Source: Solirubrobacteraceae bacterium
GTDB taxonomy: Bacteria; Actinomycetota; Thermoleophilia; Solirubrobacterales; Solirubrobacteraceae
Assembly (NCBI GenBank): GCA_036497165.1
Contig: DASXJW010000038.1
Span: 888-64,887 of the forward strand
Direction of reading: 5' to 3'
Length of the DNA: 64,000 bases
Position numbers and translations under genes: made by a program
The notes under the pieces: generated by a model
The model's database searches: none
Told to the model about the DNA's origin: nothing
Seen by the model: the letters and a program-made list of their open reading frames with translations, nothing else
Shown here: positions 19,331-29,279 of the stretch, piece by piece
Numbering within the stretch: position 1 is the stretch's first letter
Layout of the letters: every line of letters starts with the position of its first letter

Positions 19331-20460
19331 GCGCGCCGGCCCCCCAGCCCCAGACCGCCGGTCCGGCGGCGGCGCCGGCCCAGGCGGCGTCGCCGGCCAT
19401 CGAGCTGCGCGGCGTGTCCAAGCGCTACCGCGACCTGGTGGCGCTCGAGCCGCTCGACCTCGAGATCCGAGAGGGCGAGTTCTTCTGCCTGCTCGGGCCG
19501 TCGGGCTGCGGCAAGACCACGACGCTCAACCTGATCGGTGGCTTCGTCGAGGCGACGGCCGGCGAGATCCTCATTCAGGGCCGGCGCACCGACCGCGTCC
19601 CCCCGCACAAGCGCAACGTCAACACGGTGTTTCAGAACTACGCGCTGTTCCCGCATCTGACCGTCGGCGACAACGTCGGCTTCGGCCTACGGATGGCCCG
19701 CGTGTCGCGCCGGGAGGCGCGCCCGCGGATCGACGAGGCCCTGGCCCTGGTCGGGCTCACCGAGCTGGCCGACCGGCTTCCGGCCGAGCTCTCGGGAGGC
19801 CAGCAGCAGCGGGTCGCGGTGGCGCGCGCGCTCGTCAACCGGCCCGCAGTGCTCCTCCTCGACGAGCCGCTGGGGGCGCTCGACCTCAAGCTGCGCAAGC
19901 GCCTGCAGATCGAGCTGGCGCAGATCCATCGCGAGGTGGGCACGACATTCGTCTTCGTCACGCACGACCAGGAGGAGGCGATGGCGATGGCGGATCGCAT
20001 CGGGGTGATGGACGAGGGGCGCCTGGAGCAGGTGGGCTCTCCCGAGGAGATCTACCGCCGGCCGGCGACGCGGTTCGTCGCCGATTTCATCGGCGAGTCG
20101 AACTTCCTGGAGGTCACGAGAGGCGCGGACGGGAGCGTGGTAGCCGTGGACGGGAGTCGTGTGGCGTGCCCGCCCCCGGAGGGGGATTGGCAGCGGGCGA
20201 CACTCATGGTGCGGCCCGAGTCGGTCCGCGTGATCGCCGGCAACGGCCATCCCGCGGGGTTGGTGGGAACGGTCGTGGGGTCCTCGTTCCTCGGCAGCTT
20301 CAGCCGGGTGGCGGTGAAGTGCGAGGCCCTGGGCATGCCGATCATGGCGGCGCTGCACGCGGACGCAGCGGCGCCGCTTCAGAACAACGCCACCGCGACC
20401 GTGAGCTGGTCGCCGCAGGACGCAGTGGTCCTGGATCCACACATGGACAACGAGGAGTGA
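19327..20460 (+). CDS. PotA-like ABC transporter ATP-binding protein
   Basis: GPSGCGKTT, VFQNYALFPH, LSGGQQQR, LLDEP, VTHDQEEA; TOBE-like C-terminus. Confidence 0.92.
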   Translation: MSAPAPQPQTAGPAAAPAQAASPAIELRGVSKRYRDLVALEPLDLEIREGEFFCLLGPSGCGKTTTLNLIGGFVEATAGEILIQGRRTDRVPPHKRNVNTVFQNYALFPHLTVGDNVGFGLRMARVSRREARPRIDEALALVGLTELADRLPAELSGGQQQRVAVARALVNRPAVLLLDEPLGALDLKLRKRLQIELAQIHREVGTTFVFVTHDQEEAMAMADRIGVMDEGRLEQVGSPEEIYRRPATRFVADFIGESNFLEVTRGADGSVVAVDGSRVACPPPEGDWQRATLMVRPESVRVIAGNGHPAGLVGTVVGSSFLGSFSRVAVKCEALGMPIMAALHADAAAPLQNNATATVSWSPQDAVVLDPHMDNEE

Positions 20461-20464
20461 GCTG

Positions 20465-21601
20465 ATGAGCATCAACGGACCGGTGACACGCCGTCAGGCA
20501 TTGAGGGCGAGTGCATTGGGTGTGACAGGGCTGTACGTCGCGGCGTGCGGCTCGTCGAGTGCGACGCAGAGCACCGCGTCGAAGGCCGGCAGCGCGGCGA
20601 GCTCGGGCAACAGCCCGGTGACGCTGAACTGGGAGACGTGGAATGACCATTACCTGCCGGCGCAGATCGCCGCGGTCAAGACGTCGACGGGGATCGCCGC
20701 CCGTCCCAGCCTGGAATCCGACGACTCCGACGGATACCTGAAGGTCAAGCAGACCGGCGGTCAGTACGACATCGTCTCGACGGACGCGCTGTGGGCCCCC
20801 AAGTACTTCCACGACGGGCTCACCGAGCCCTTCGACGTCGAGTCGATCCCGGTGTCCTCGCAGCTGTACTCGATCGCCAAGGAGGTGCCGTTCTGGAAGG
20901 CGGGCGGCGGCTACCTCGTCTACCCCAACGGCTGGTCGTCGGTCAACATCTACTACAACCCGAAGCACGTCTCGCCGGCGCCCACCTCCTGGGAGGTCCT
21001 GACCGAGCCCAAGTACGCCGGCAAGGTGGTGGCCGAGAACCAGCCGACGGACCTGATGGCCATTGCCGGCCTGGCCACGGGCGCCAAAGAGCCCTACGGC
21101 ATGACCACGGCCGAGATCTCGCGCGCGCAGGACTTCCTCAAGTCCGCCAAGCCCGCGTTCCTGAAGCTGGTCTCCCAGAACTCCGACTCGGTGCGCGCCC
21201 TGGCCGACGGGTCGGCGTGGATGGCGCTTGAGAACCTCGGCACCGACTTCCGTGTCAAGGCCGCGGGCGGTCCCACCGTCAAGGAGGCGACCCCCAAGGA
21301 AGGCGTGGTCGGGTGGATCGACGGCGAGCAGATGGTCAAGGCCTCCCAGCACAAGGACCGCTTCCACCAGTTCCTCAACGGGATGGAGCAGGCCCCGTGG
21401 GTGGCCAAGAACTTCCTGGTCAACGGCCGGCCCCTGTTCAACGAGAAGGCGTACAAGATGCTCGTCAACCAGGGTTACAAGGAGCGCGCCGATCTGCTCT
21501 GGTACAACCAGCCCGACCGCGCCCTGCAGATGACCCTCAAGGGGCCGTCGGGCAACGTCCAGGCCTACATCGACGCCTTCAACCAGGTGTTCGGGGCCTA
21601 G
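20465..21601 (+). CDS. PotD/PotF-like ABC substrate-binding lipoprotein (Tat-like signal)
   Basis: TRRQAL..VAAC signal; PTSWEVL, PKEGVVGWID motifs. Confidence 0.85.
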   Translation: MSINGPVTRRQALRASALGVTGLYVAACGSSSATQSTASKAGSAASSGNSPVTLNWETWNDHYLPAQIAAVKTSTGIAARPSLESDDSDGYLKVKQTGGQYDIVSTDALWAPKYFHDGLTEPFDVESIPVSSQLYSIAKEVPFWKAGGGYLVYPNGWSSVNIYYNPKHVSPAPTSWEVLTEPKYAGKVVAENQPTDLMAIAGLATGAKEPYGMTTAEISRAQDFLKSAKPAFLKLVSQNSDSVRALADGSAWMALENLGTDFRVKAAGGPTVKEATPKEGVVGWIDGEQMVKASQHKDRFHQFLNGMEQAPWVAKNFLVNGRPLFNEKAYKMLVNQGYKERADLLWYNQPDRALQMTLKGPSGNVQAYIDAFNQVFGA

Positions 21602-21645
21602 GCCGAGTGCCTCTCGTGCCGGAAGCGGCAGCCGGGGCCTGAGCG

Positions 21646-22560
21646 GTGGCTCTGGCGCCAGAAGCGACGGTGGGGCACCCGCCCGCGGTGACCCCGCGGC
21701 GGGCCCCCCTCCACCGCCGGCTCGGGCCCTACGCGGGGTTCTCCCCCGCGGTAGTGCTGTTCGGCGGCTTCTTCCTGGCCCCGCTGGTCCTCATCGTCCT
21801 CTACAGCTTCTGGGAGGTCGTCAACTACAACGTCGTCCACCACTGGACGCTGGACAACTACCGGTACTTCTTCAGCGTGCCCACCTACGTCACGACGTTG
21901 TGGGACACGATCTGGGTGGCCGCCCTGACGACGGTGCTGACCCTGCTGGCCGCCTTCCCGCTGGCCTACTGGCTCGCGCGCTACGTGCGGCCGTCGGTGC
22001 GCCGCCCGTTGCTGGTGCTGGTCATCGTGCCGTTCTGGACCAGCTACCTGCTGCGGGTGACATCGTGGACGACGATCCTCGGCGAGAAGGGCGTGCTCAA
22101 CCGCTTCCTGGAGGCGATCGGGGTCATCCACCAGCCGCTGTCGTTCCTGCTCTACGACCGCCCCGCGGTGATCCTCGTCCTCATCTACCTCTACTTCCCG
22201 TTCGCCGCGCTGACGCTGTACGCGTCACTGGAGCGGTTTGACTGGATGCAGATGCGGGCCGCCATGGACCTCGGGGCGGCGCCGCGGGTCGCCATCACGC
22301 GCGTGCTGCTGCCGCAGATCCGGCCCGGGCTCACCGTGGCGGTGATCTTCGTGTTCATCCCGGTGCTCGGCGAGTACCTGACCCCGCAGCTCGTCGGAGG
22401 CACCCGCGGGGTGATGATCGGCAACCTCATCGTCAACTTCTTCCAGGGTGCCGAATACACGCGGGGAGCGGCGATCTCCCTGCTCATCGCGGCGCTCATC
22501 ATCGCGATGCTGGTCGCGTTCCGAAAGCAGCTCGACGTGGCGGACACCTATGGCCGGTGA
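21646..22560 (+). CDS. PotB-like ABC permease
   Basis: VPFWTSYLLR, AAMDLGA, TPQLVGG. Confidence 0.9.
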   Translation: MALAPEATVGHPPAVTPRRAPLHRRLGPYAGFSPAVVLFGGFFLAPLVLIVLYSFWEVVNYNVVHHWTLDNYRYFFSVPTYVTTLWDTIWVAALTTVLTLLAAFPLAYWLARYVRPSVRRPLLVLVIVPFWTSYLLRVTSWTTILGEKGVLNRFLEAIGVIHQPLSFLLYDRPAVILVLIYLYFPFAALTLYASLERFDWMQMRAAMDLGAAPRVAITRVLLPQIRPGLTVAVIFVFIPVLGEYLTPQLVGGTRGVMIGNLIVNFFQGAEYTRGAAISLLIAALIIAMLVAFRKQLDVADTYGR

Positions 22561-23410
22561 AGCCGCCGACGCCGTCGCTCCCCACAAGCGCCTCGTTCGC
22601 GGCGCCCTGGCCGGCTGGGCGGTGTTCATCTACTTCTTCTTGTTCGCACCGATCATCCTGCTCATCCTCTTCAGCTTCAACGCCAACCAGTACGGGACGC
22701 TGCCGATCACCGGATGGACGTTGCACTGGTACCACACCGCATTCAGTGACTTCCAGATTCAGGACGCGCTGAAGACGACACTGTCGGTGGCATTGGAGGT
22801 GACCGTGATCGCCACCGTCGTCGGAACGGCGGCGGCGTTCCCGCTGGTGCGGGCCAACCTGCCGTTCCGCAGCGGGATCCGGGCCGCACTGACGCTGCCG
22901 ATCATGCTCCCCGGCCTGCTGATCGGCGTCTCGCTGTTGACCTTCTTCACCAGCGTGCTGCACGTGGCGCTGTCCAACCAGACCGTCGTCATCGGGCAGA
23001 GCGTGTACGTCACCCCGTTCGTCATCCTGGTGGTGGCCTCGCGGCTGGAGGGATTTGACCGCTCGCTGGAGCGCGCCGCCGCGGATCTGGGGGCCAACTC
23101 CTACCGGCGCCTGCGTCACATCGTGCTGCCGCTGATCGGGCCGGCGATCTTCGCCGGGGCCCTGTTCGCCTTCACCCTCTCGCTCGACGAGTTCGTGATC
23201 ACGCTGTTCTTGATCGGCGGGGGCAACACCCTGCCCATCTACATCTACACGCAGGTGAAGTTCGGGATCACGCCAGAGGTCAATGCCCTGGCAACCATCC
23301 TGATCGCAGTCTCGCTGACAATCACCGCCGCGGCTTTCCTGGTGCCGAGCGTGGTGCGACGAGCGCGGCGCCGCAGGCGCGTCAGCCCGCGACCGGTGAC
23401 CGGGACGTGA
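22550..23410 (+). CDS. PotC-like ABC permease
   Basis: ERAAADLGA, FTLSLDEF, TLPIYIY, TPEVNALAT. Confidence 0.9.
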   Translation: MAGEAADAVAPHKRLVRGALAGWAVFIYFFLFAPIILLILFSFNANQYGTLPITGWTLHWYHTAFSDFQIQDALKTTLSVALEVTVIATVVGTAAAFPLVRANLPFRSGIRAALTLPIMLPGLLIGVSLLTFFTSVLHVALSNQTVVIGQSVYVTPFVILVVASRLEGFDRSLERAAADLGANSYRRLRHIVLPLIGPAIFAGALFAFTLSLDEFVITLFLIGGGNTLPIYIYTQVKFGITPEVNALATILIAVSLTITAAAFLVPSVVRRARRRRRVSPRPVTGT

Positions 23411-23435
23411 GCAAAGACATGGGAAGGAGCACGGG

Positions 23436-24560
23436 TTGACAGAACGGCTACGGGTGGGGGTCATCGGCTGCGGCGTGATCGCCGAGGTGATGCACCTGCC
23501 CCATCTCAATGACCTCGACGAGCTCTTCGAGCTTCGGGCGGTGTGCGATATCTCCCGCGAGAAGGCCGCGGCGTGCGCGCGGCGATTCGGCGCCGCGGCG
23601 GTGTTCGAGTCCTGGGAGGAGATGCTCGCCTCCGAGCCGCTCGACCTCGTCATGGTCCTCACCTCCGGCAGTCACGCGCCGGCGGCGATCGCCGCCGCCC
23701 GGGCGGGCGTCCACGTGTTCGTGGAGAAGCCGATGTGCCTGAACCTGGACGAGGGACGGGCGATGATCGAGGCCGTCCGCGAGGGCGGCGTGCAGCTCAT
23801 GGTCGGCACCATGAAGCGCTACGACCCCGCCTACGAGCGCCTGGTGGAGCTGCTGCCCGAGGCCGGGGAACTGCGCCTGATCCGCGTGACGACGCTCGAG
23901 TCCCCGTTTGAGCCCTATGTCGAGGGATATCCGATGGAGCCGCCGATGCCGGCGCCACCCGAGATCCTCGCCGATCTGCGGGCCGCCGACGAGCGTCGCC
24001 TGGCGCTGGCCCTCCCGGATGCCGACGAGGAGACCCGCTTCTGCTACCGCTGGATGCTGCTCGACAACCTCGTGCATGAGCTCAACGCGCTGCGCGGCGC
24101 GCTCGGCGAGCCCGAGCTCGTCAAGTACGCGGAGCTGAGCTCGCGCGTGGTGAATCTGAGCCTCGTGTTCGGCGGGGTCGACTGCCACCTGTCCTGGGTC
24201 GACCTGCCGGGGATGGCCCGCTACAGCCAGGAGCTGGCCTTCTACGGGCTGGATCGCCGGGTCATCCTGACCCTGCCCTCGCCCTACCTGCGCGGGTTCC
24301 CGTCGCAGCTGGCGGTCGAGGGAGCCGGCGATGGCGGCGACTCGCATTCCTGGCGGACCGTCGAGACGGTCTCCTACGTGGAGGCGTTCAAGCGGGAGCT
24401 GATCGAGTTGCACGCGGCGATTCGCGAGCAACGGCCCGCCCGGACCGACGCGGTCGACGGCCTGCATGACGTGGCGCTGTGCAACGCGATCGTCCGCGTG
24501 CATCTCAGCGGAGAGCCGGTGCGCAACCCGTCGGAGTTCGCGAGCGAGGTGGAGGTATGA
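23436..24560 (+). CDS. Gfo/Idh/MocA family oxidoreductase
   Basis: GCGVIA, VEKP, GTMKRYD. Confidence 0.87.
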   Translation: MTERLRVGVIGCGVIAEVMHLPHLNDLDELFELRAVCDISREKAAACARRFGAAAVFESWEEMLASEPLDLVMVLTSGSHAPAAIAAARAGVHVFVEKPMCLNLDEGRAMIEAVREGGVQLMVGTMKRYDPAYERLVELLPEAGELRLIRVTTLESPFEPYVEGYPMEPPMPAPPEILADLRAADERRLALALPDADEETRFCYRWMLLDNLVHELNALRGALGEPELVKYAELSSRVVNLSLVFGGVDCHLSWVDLPGMARYSQELAFYGLDRRVILTLPSPYLRGFPSQLAVEGAGDGGDSHSWRTVETVSYVEAFKRELIELHAAIREQRPARTDAVDGLHDVALCNAIVRVHLSGEPVRNPSEFASEVEV

Positions 24561-25474
24561 GCAGCAAGGAGATGGTCATCGCCAATGCGCCCTGCAGCTA
24601 CGGGGCCTTTGAGATCACGGTGGGAGTCGACCCCAACGTGCCGCCCGGGGCGCAGTTGCTCGAGGCGGTCGCGGACGCCGGGTATCGCGGCATCGACCTC
24701 GGGCCGCTCGGGTATCTGGGCGGCCCGGATGACCTGCCGGAGCGGCTGCATAGCCGCGACCTCACGCTCGCCGGCGGCTACTTCGAAGTCCCCTTCTCGG
24801 AGCCCGCGCAGCTGCCGGATGAGCTTCAGCGGCTCGAGAGCCTGCTCGACGTCTTCGATGCCGCGGCGAACGGCGGGCCGGTCGCCCGGCCCACCGTGGC
24901 GGACGCGGGCTCGGAGAGCCGCCGCGCCTACCCCGGCCGCGCCCATGACGACCACAGCCTCGGCTGGGATGACGCCGGCTGGCGGCAGTTCGCCGACGCG
25001 ATGGCGCGGTTGGCCGAGCGCTGCCGGGCGCGGGGCTATGAGCCGACGTTCCACCCTCACACCGCCACCTATATCGAGGCGCCATGGGAAATCGACCGAC
25101 TGCTGGCGCTGACCGACGTGTCGGTCTGTCTTGACACCGGCCACCTGCTCATCGGCGGGGGCGACCCCGTCCAGGCGGTGCGCGACTGGGGTTCGCGGAT
25201 CAACCACGTCCACCTCAAGGACGCGAAGCTCGCGGTGATCGACGAGATCGTGGTCGACAGGGCGCCGGTCCGGGCGATCTGGGAGCGGGGCGCGTTCTGC
25301 CGGCTCGGTACCGGCGATGTGGCACTCGACGACGTGCTCGATCAGCTGCGGGAGCATGACTACCACGGCTGGCTGGTCGTGGAGCAGGACATCCTGCCCG
25401 ACCCGGCCGACCCGGGCCGGCCGGTGAGCGACCAGCGGCTCAACCGCGACTACCTGCGCGCGCGCGGCCTGTGA
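24557..25474 (+). CDS. second IolE/MocC-like TIM-barrel protein
   Basis: NAPCSYG, FHPHTAT, CLDTGH, HVHLKD, WLVVEQD. Confidence 0.85.
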   Translation: MSSKEMVIANAPCSYGAFEITVGVDPNVPPGAQLLEAVADAGYRGIDLGPLGYLGGPDDLPERLHSRDLTLAGGYFEVPFSEPAQLPDELQRLESLLDVFDAAANGGPVARPTVADAGSESRRAYPGRAHDDHSLGWDDAGWRQFADAMARLAERCRARGYEPTFHPHTATYIEAPWEIDRLLALTDVSVCLDTGHLLIGGGDPVQAVRDWGSRINHVHLKDAKLAVIDEIVVDRAPVRAIWERGAFCRLGTGDVALDDVLDQLREHDYHGWLVVEQDILPDPADPGRPVSDQRLNRDYLRARGL

Positions 25475-26451
25475 GCGGCCCGGTCAGGATCGCCCTGGTC
25501 GGCGCGGGCCGGATGGGCCGCGTGCATCTGGCCGCGCTCCAGGCCGCCGATGGGGTGCAGCTCGCCGCGATCGTCGAGCCCGTCGCCGCGGTGCGATCAC
25601 AGCTCGCCGGGCTGGGCGTGGCGGTGGTCGAAACGCCGTCGCAGCTGATCGCCGACGGCGGCGCCGAGGGCGTGCTCATCGCCGCGCCCTCAGACCAGCA
25701 CGCGGAGCTGGTGGCGACGTTCGCCGCGGCCGGGCTGGCGGTCCTGTGCGAGAAGCCGGTGGGCGTGGGCATCGATGAGGCGACCGCCGCTCATGAGGCG
25801 GCGCAGCGCTCCGGGGTGTGCCTGCAGGTGGGGTACTGGCGGCGGTTCGTGCCCGAGCTGCGGGCGCTGCGGGCCCGGATCGAGCGCGGCGCGCTGGGCG
25901 AGATCTACCAGCTGTCGTGCATGCAATGGGACGAGGAGCCGCCGTCGGCGGAGTTTCGCGCCCACTGTGGTGGGATCGCGATCGACATGGGGGTGCACGA
26001 GATCGACCAGACCCGATGGCTGCTGGGCCAGGAGATCGAGACGGTGGCGGCGGCGCCCGGCGGCGCGCTGCCCGCCGAGGCCGCCTCGCCGGCGGATCCC
26101 GATGCGGCGGTGATCCTGGGTCAGCTCTCGGGCGGAGCGGCGGCGGTGATCTCGCTCGGCCGCCGCTTCATTCACGCCGACTCATGCTGGCTGGAGCTGT
26201 GGGGCGCCGGCGGCTACGAGCGGCTGGCCTTCATGTGGGACGCCGACGTGTGGGCGCCGGGCAGCTCTCCCGTGTTCCTGGCCGCCATGCGCGCCCAGGT
26301 CGAGGCGTTCGCGCGCACCATCCGCGGCGCGCCTCAGGAGGGGGCGGGCGGCGCGGACGCCGTCGCGGCGCTCGAGGCGGCCGGCCGGATCGCCGAGGCC
26401 CTGACCGTCGCGGGCGCCCGCTCGGAGGCCGTCACGAGCGGTCCTGCGTGA
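25471..26451 (+). CDS. Gfo/Idh/MocA family oxidoreductase (IolG-like)
   Basis: GAGRMG, CEKP, GYWRRF, DMGVHEID. Confidence 0.87.
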   Translation: MSGPVRIALVGAGRMGRVHLAALQAADGVQLAAIVEPVAAVRSQLAGLGVAVVETPSQLIADGGAEGVLIAAPSDQHAELVATFAAAGLAVLCEKPVGVGIDEATAAHEAAQRSGVCLQVGYWRRFVPELRALRARIERGALGEIYQLSCMQWDEEPPSAEFRAHCGGIAIDMGVHEIDQTRWLLGQEIETVAAAPGGALPAEAASPADPDAAVILGQLSGGAAAVISLGRRFIHADSCWLELWGAGGYERLAFMWDADVWAPGSSPVFLAAMRAQVEAFARTIRGAPQEGAGGADAVAALEAAGRIAEALTVAGARSEAVTSGPA

Positions 26452-27250
26452 GCGCGCGATAGAGCGCGTTGGCGCTGGCGCCGGTGAGCTCGGCGACGAC
26501 GGACGCGGCGGGCCGCGGCTTGGCTCCGGCGTCGACCAGGCGCTGGAGGGCCTTGAGTGGCCCGTCCAGCCCCGGCGCGGCCTCCGGGGCCGGGCCGACG
26601 ACGAGGACGATCTCGCCCTTGGGGGCGTGGTGGGCATAGCGCTCGGCCAGCTCGCCGGCGCTGCCGCGCACGACCTCCTCGTGGATCTTCGTCAGCTCCC
26701 GGCAGACGGCGGCGGGCCGCTCGGGGTCCAGCGCGGCGAGGGCCGTGAGCGAGGCGCCCAGACGGCGCGGGGACTCGAACGCGACCACGGTCTGGGGCTC
26801 GGCGAACACGCGCTCGAGCTCTGACCGCTTGCGTGGCAGGAAACCGACGAACTGCCAGCGATCCGCCGGCAGGGCGCTGGCCACCAGGGCGCTCAGCGCC
26901 GCCGAGGGCCCGGGCAGGACCTCCACGGCCAGTCCCGCGGCCACGCAGGCGCGCACCAGGACGAACCCCGGGTCCGAGACGAGCGGCATGCCGGCATCGG
27001 AGACGAGCGCCACCACCGCGCCCTCGTTCATCCGGGCCACCAGCTCGGTGGCCCGCTCGGCCTCGTTGTGCTCGTGGTAGCTGACGAGCCGGGCGCTCAC
27101 TCCGTAGCGGTCCAGCAGGACGCGGGTGCGCCGCGTGTCCTCGCAGGCGACGAGATCAGCCTCGCGCAGGGCGGCGAGCACGCGCAGGGTGACGTCCTCG
27201 AGATTCCCGATCGGCGTCGGGCAGACGATGAGGCGGCCGGTGGCGGGCAC
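26432..27250 (-). CDS. rsmI: 16S rRNA C1402 2'-O-methyltransferase
   Basis: TPIGNLED, CEDTR, VSDAGMP.VSDPG, FESPRR, RELTKIHEE. Confidence 0.95.
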   Translation of the reverse strand: MPATGRLIVCPTPIGNLEDVTLRVLAALREADLVACEDTRRTRVLLDRYGVSARLVSYHEHNEAERATELVARMNEGAVVALVSDAGMPLVSDPGFVLVRACVAAGLAVEVLPGPSAALSALVASALPADRWQFVGFLPRKRSELERVFAEPQTVVAFESPRRLGASLTALAALDPERPAAVCRELTKIHEEVVRGSAGELAERYAHHAPKGEIVLVVGPAPEAAPGLDGPLKALQRLVDAGAKPRPAASVVAELTGASANALYRALTQDRS

Positions 27251-27272
27251 GGCTCTACGATACGGCCGCATC

Positions 27273-28289
27273 ATGATCGACGTGGACGAGCTGGCCCGCT
27301 TTGCCGCGATCCCGGCGGCCACGGGCGCCGAGGAGGCGCGGGTGGCGTGGCTGGAGCAACGACTCGCGCGGGTGCCCGGGAACCGGCGCCGGGACGCCGC
27401 CGGCAACCTGATCTGGAGCTTCGGTGACGGCCCGGTAGACCTCCTGGTGATGGCACACGTCGACACGGTGTTCCCGAACGACACGGAGCTGACGTTCACG
27501 CCAGACGGCGACGCCCTGATCGGCCCCGGGGTGGGCGACAACGCCACCGCGGTCATGGCGACCGTGTGGGCACTGGAACGGGCGCAGCCGCCGCCGGGGC
27601 TGGTGGTCGCCTTCACCGTCGGCGAGGAGGGACTGGGCAATCTGCGCGGCGCCCGCCAGGCGTGCGCCGATCTCCGGCCGGCCCGCGTGCTCGCCGTGGA
27701 GGGCCATGGCCTGGACCACGTCGTCATCGAGCACGTCGGCAGCGTGCGGGCGCGGATCGCGGTCAGCGGGCCGGGCGGACACTCGTGGCGCGACCGGGGA
27801 ACGCCCAGTGCCGTGCACGAGCTGATCGCGCTCGGCGCCGCACTGGTGAGCGATGGCGCGGTCAACATCGGACGCGTGTCGGGGGGCGGAGCGGTCAACG
27901 CGATCGCCTCCGAGGCCGAGATGCTCGTCGAGCTGCGCTCGCTGGACGACGCGGAGCTAGGTGGCTTTGAGGAGCGGCTGGCGTCGCTGTCGGTGGCCGA
28001 GCCTCTGCGTCTGGAGTACGAGATCGTGGGCCGGCGGGGCGCGGGCCGGCTGGACCCCGAGCATCCGCTGGTGCGCAGCGTGATGGAGGTCCGGCGGTCC
28101 CTGGGGCTGGCCGAGACCTTCGCCGCCGGCTCCACCGACGCCAACGCGGCGGCCGCCCTGGGGATCCCGGCGGTGTGCATCGGGTGCGCCGACGGCGCGG
28201 GGATGCACACGGTCAGGGAGCGCATCGACGTCCGGTCGCTGGAGACGGGCCTGGCGCAGCTCGAGGCGGTTCTGGCCCGGGCTGGGTGA
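27273..28289 (+). CDS. M20/M25/M40 family metallopeptidase
   Basis: AHVDTVF, GVGDN, VGEEGLGNLRG, GGHSW, STDAN, HT.RE. Confidence 0.85.
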   Translation: MIDVDELARFAAIPAATGAEEARVAWLEQRLARVPGNRRRDAAGNLIWSFGDGPVDLLVMAHVDTVFPNDTELTFTPDGDALIGPGVGDNATAVMATVWALERAQPPPGLVVAFTVGEEGLGNLRGARQACADLRPARVLAVEGHGLDHVVIEHVGSVRARIAVSGPGGHSWRDRGTPSAVHELIALGAALVSDGAVNIGRVSGGGAVNAIASEAEMLVELRSLDDAELGGFEERLASLSVAEPLRLEYEIVGRRGAGRLDPEHPLVRSVMEVRRSLGLAETFAAGSTDANAAAALGIPAVCIGCADGAGMHTVRERIDVRSLETGLAQLEAVLARAG

Positions 28290-28290
28290 C

Positions 28291-29256
28291 TCAGACGCGG
28301 CCGGCGAGGCCGTCGTAGGCCAGCGCGGCGGCGCCGATCATCCCCGCCTCCACGCCGAAGCGCGCCGGCACGATCCGCAGGTCCTGCCGCAAGAACGGCA
28401 GCGTGCGCTCGGCCACCACGGCGCGCGCCGGGGCCAGCAGGAGCTCGCCGGCGGCGACCACGCCTCCGCCGATGACCACGATCTCTGGATTGAAGATGTT
28501 GACCAGGCTGGTGATGACCACGCCGAGGCGCGAGCCGATGAGCTCGACGGCCTCGATGGCCGACTCATCGCCGTCGTGGGCGAGCTCGGTGACCAGCGGC
28601 CCCGACAGCTCGCGGCCATCGGCCAACGCGCGGGCCAGTCCGGAGCCGGGGCGCTCGGCGGCCAGGCGGGTGGCCTCGCGACCGAGCGCCGGGCCCGAGG
28701 CGAACAGCTCCGCGCAGCCGCGCCCGGGGCAGTTGTCGCGGCACAGCGGTCCATCGAAGTCGATCTCCATGTGGCCGAGCTCGCCGGCCCCACCGCGGGC
28801 GCCGCGGTAGATGCTGTCGTTGAGGATCATCCCACCCCCGATGCCGGTGCCGAGGGTGAGCACGATGGCGTCCGAGTAGCCCTTGGCCGCGCCGGCGCGG
28901 TGCTCGGCCCGGGCGGAGTTGTTGCCGTCGTTGTCCACGAACACGGGGAGGCCGAGGCGCTCGGCCATGACGTCGGCAAAGGCGATGTCGGCCAGCGGCG
29001 TGTGCACGCCCACCGCCACCTTGCCGGTGTGGCGGTCGATCAGAGCGGGCAGGCCGAAGCCGACGGCGGCCACCTCGGCGCCGGCGGACGCGCGGGTCTC
29101 GGCCACCACGTCGACGGCCATGTCCAGAAGGGCGCGCTGTTGCAAACCCGTGACGGTGCGCTGTACGCGGTGATGAACGCCTAAGCTTGGGTCCACGGCG
29201 CCGGCGAGGATCTTCGTACCGCCCAGGTCGACGCCGATGGTGCGCCGCGCTGGCAT
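28291..29256 (-). CDS. ROK family sugar kinase (glucokinase-like)
   Basis: GVDLGGTK, DNDGN, TLGTGIGGG, GELGH, CxxxCxGxGCAE. Confidence 0.92.
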   Translation of the reverse strand: MPARRTIGVDLGGTKILAGAVDPSLGVHHRVQRTVTGLQQRALLDMAVDVVAETRASAGAEVAAVGFGLPALIDRHTGKVAVGVHTPLADIAFADVMAERLGLPVFVDNDGNNSARAEHRAGAAKGYSDAIVLTLGTGIGGGMILNDSIYRGARGGAGELGHMEIDFDGPLCRDNCPGRGCAELFASGPALGREATRLAAERPGSGLARALADGRELSGPLVTELAHDGDESAIEAVELIGSRLGVVITSLVNIFNPEIVVIGGGVVAAGELLLAPARAVVAERTLPFLRQDLRIVPARFGVEAGMIGAAALAYDGLAGRV

Positions 29257-29279
29257 GCCGTCACTATATGCAGAGCTCG

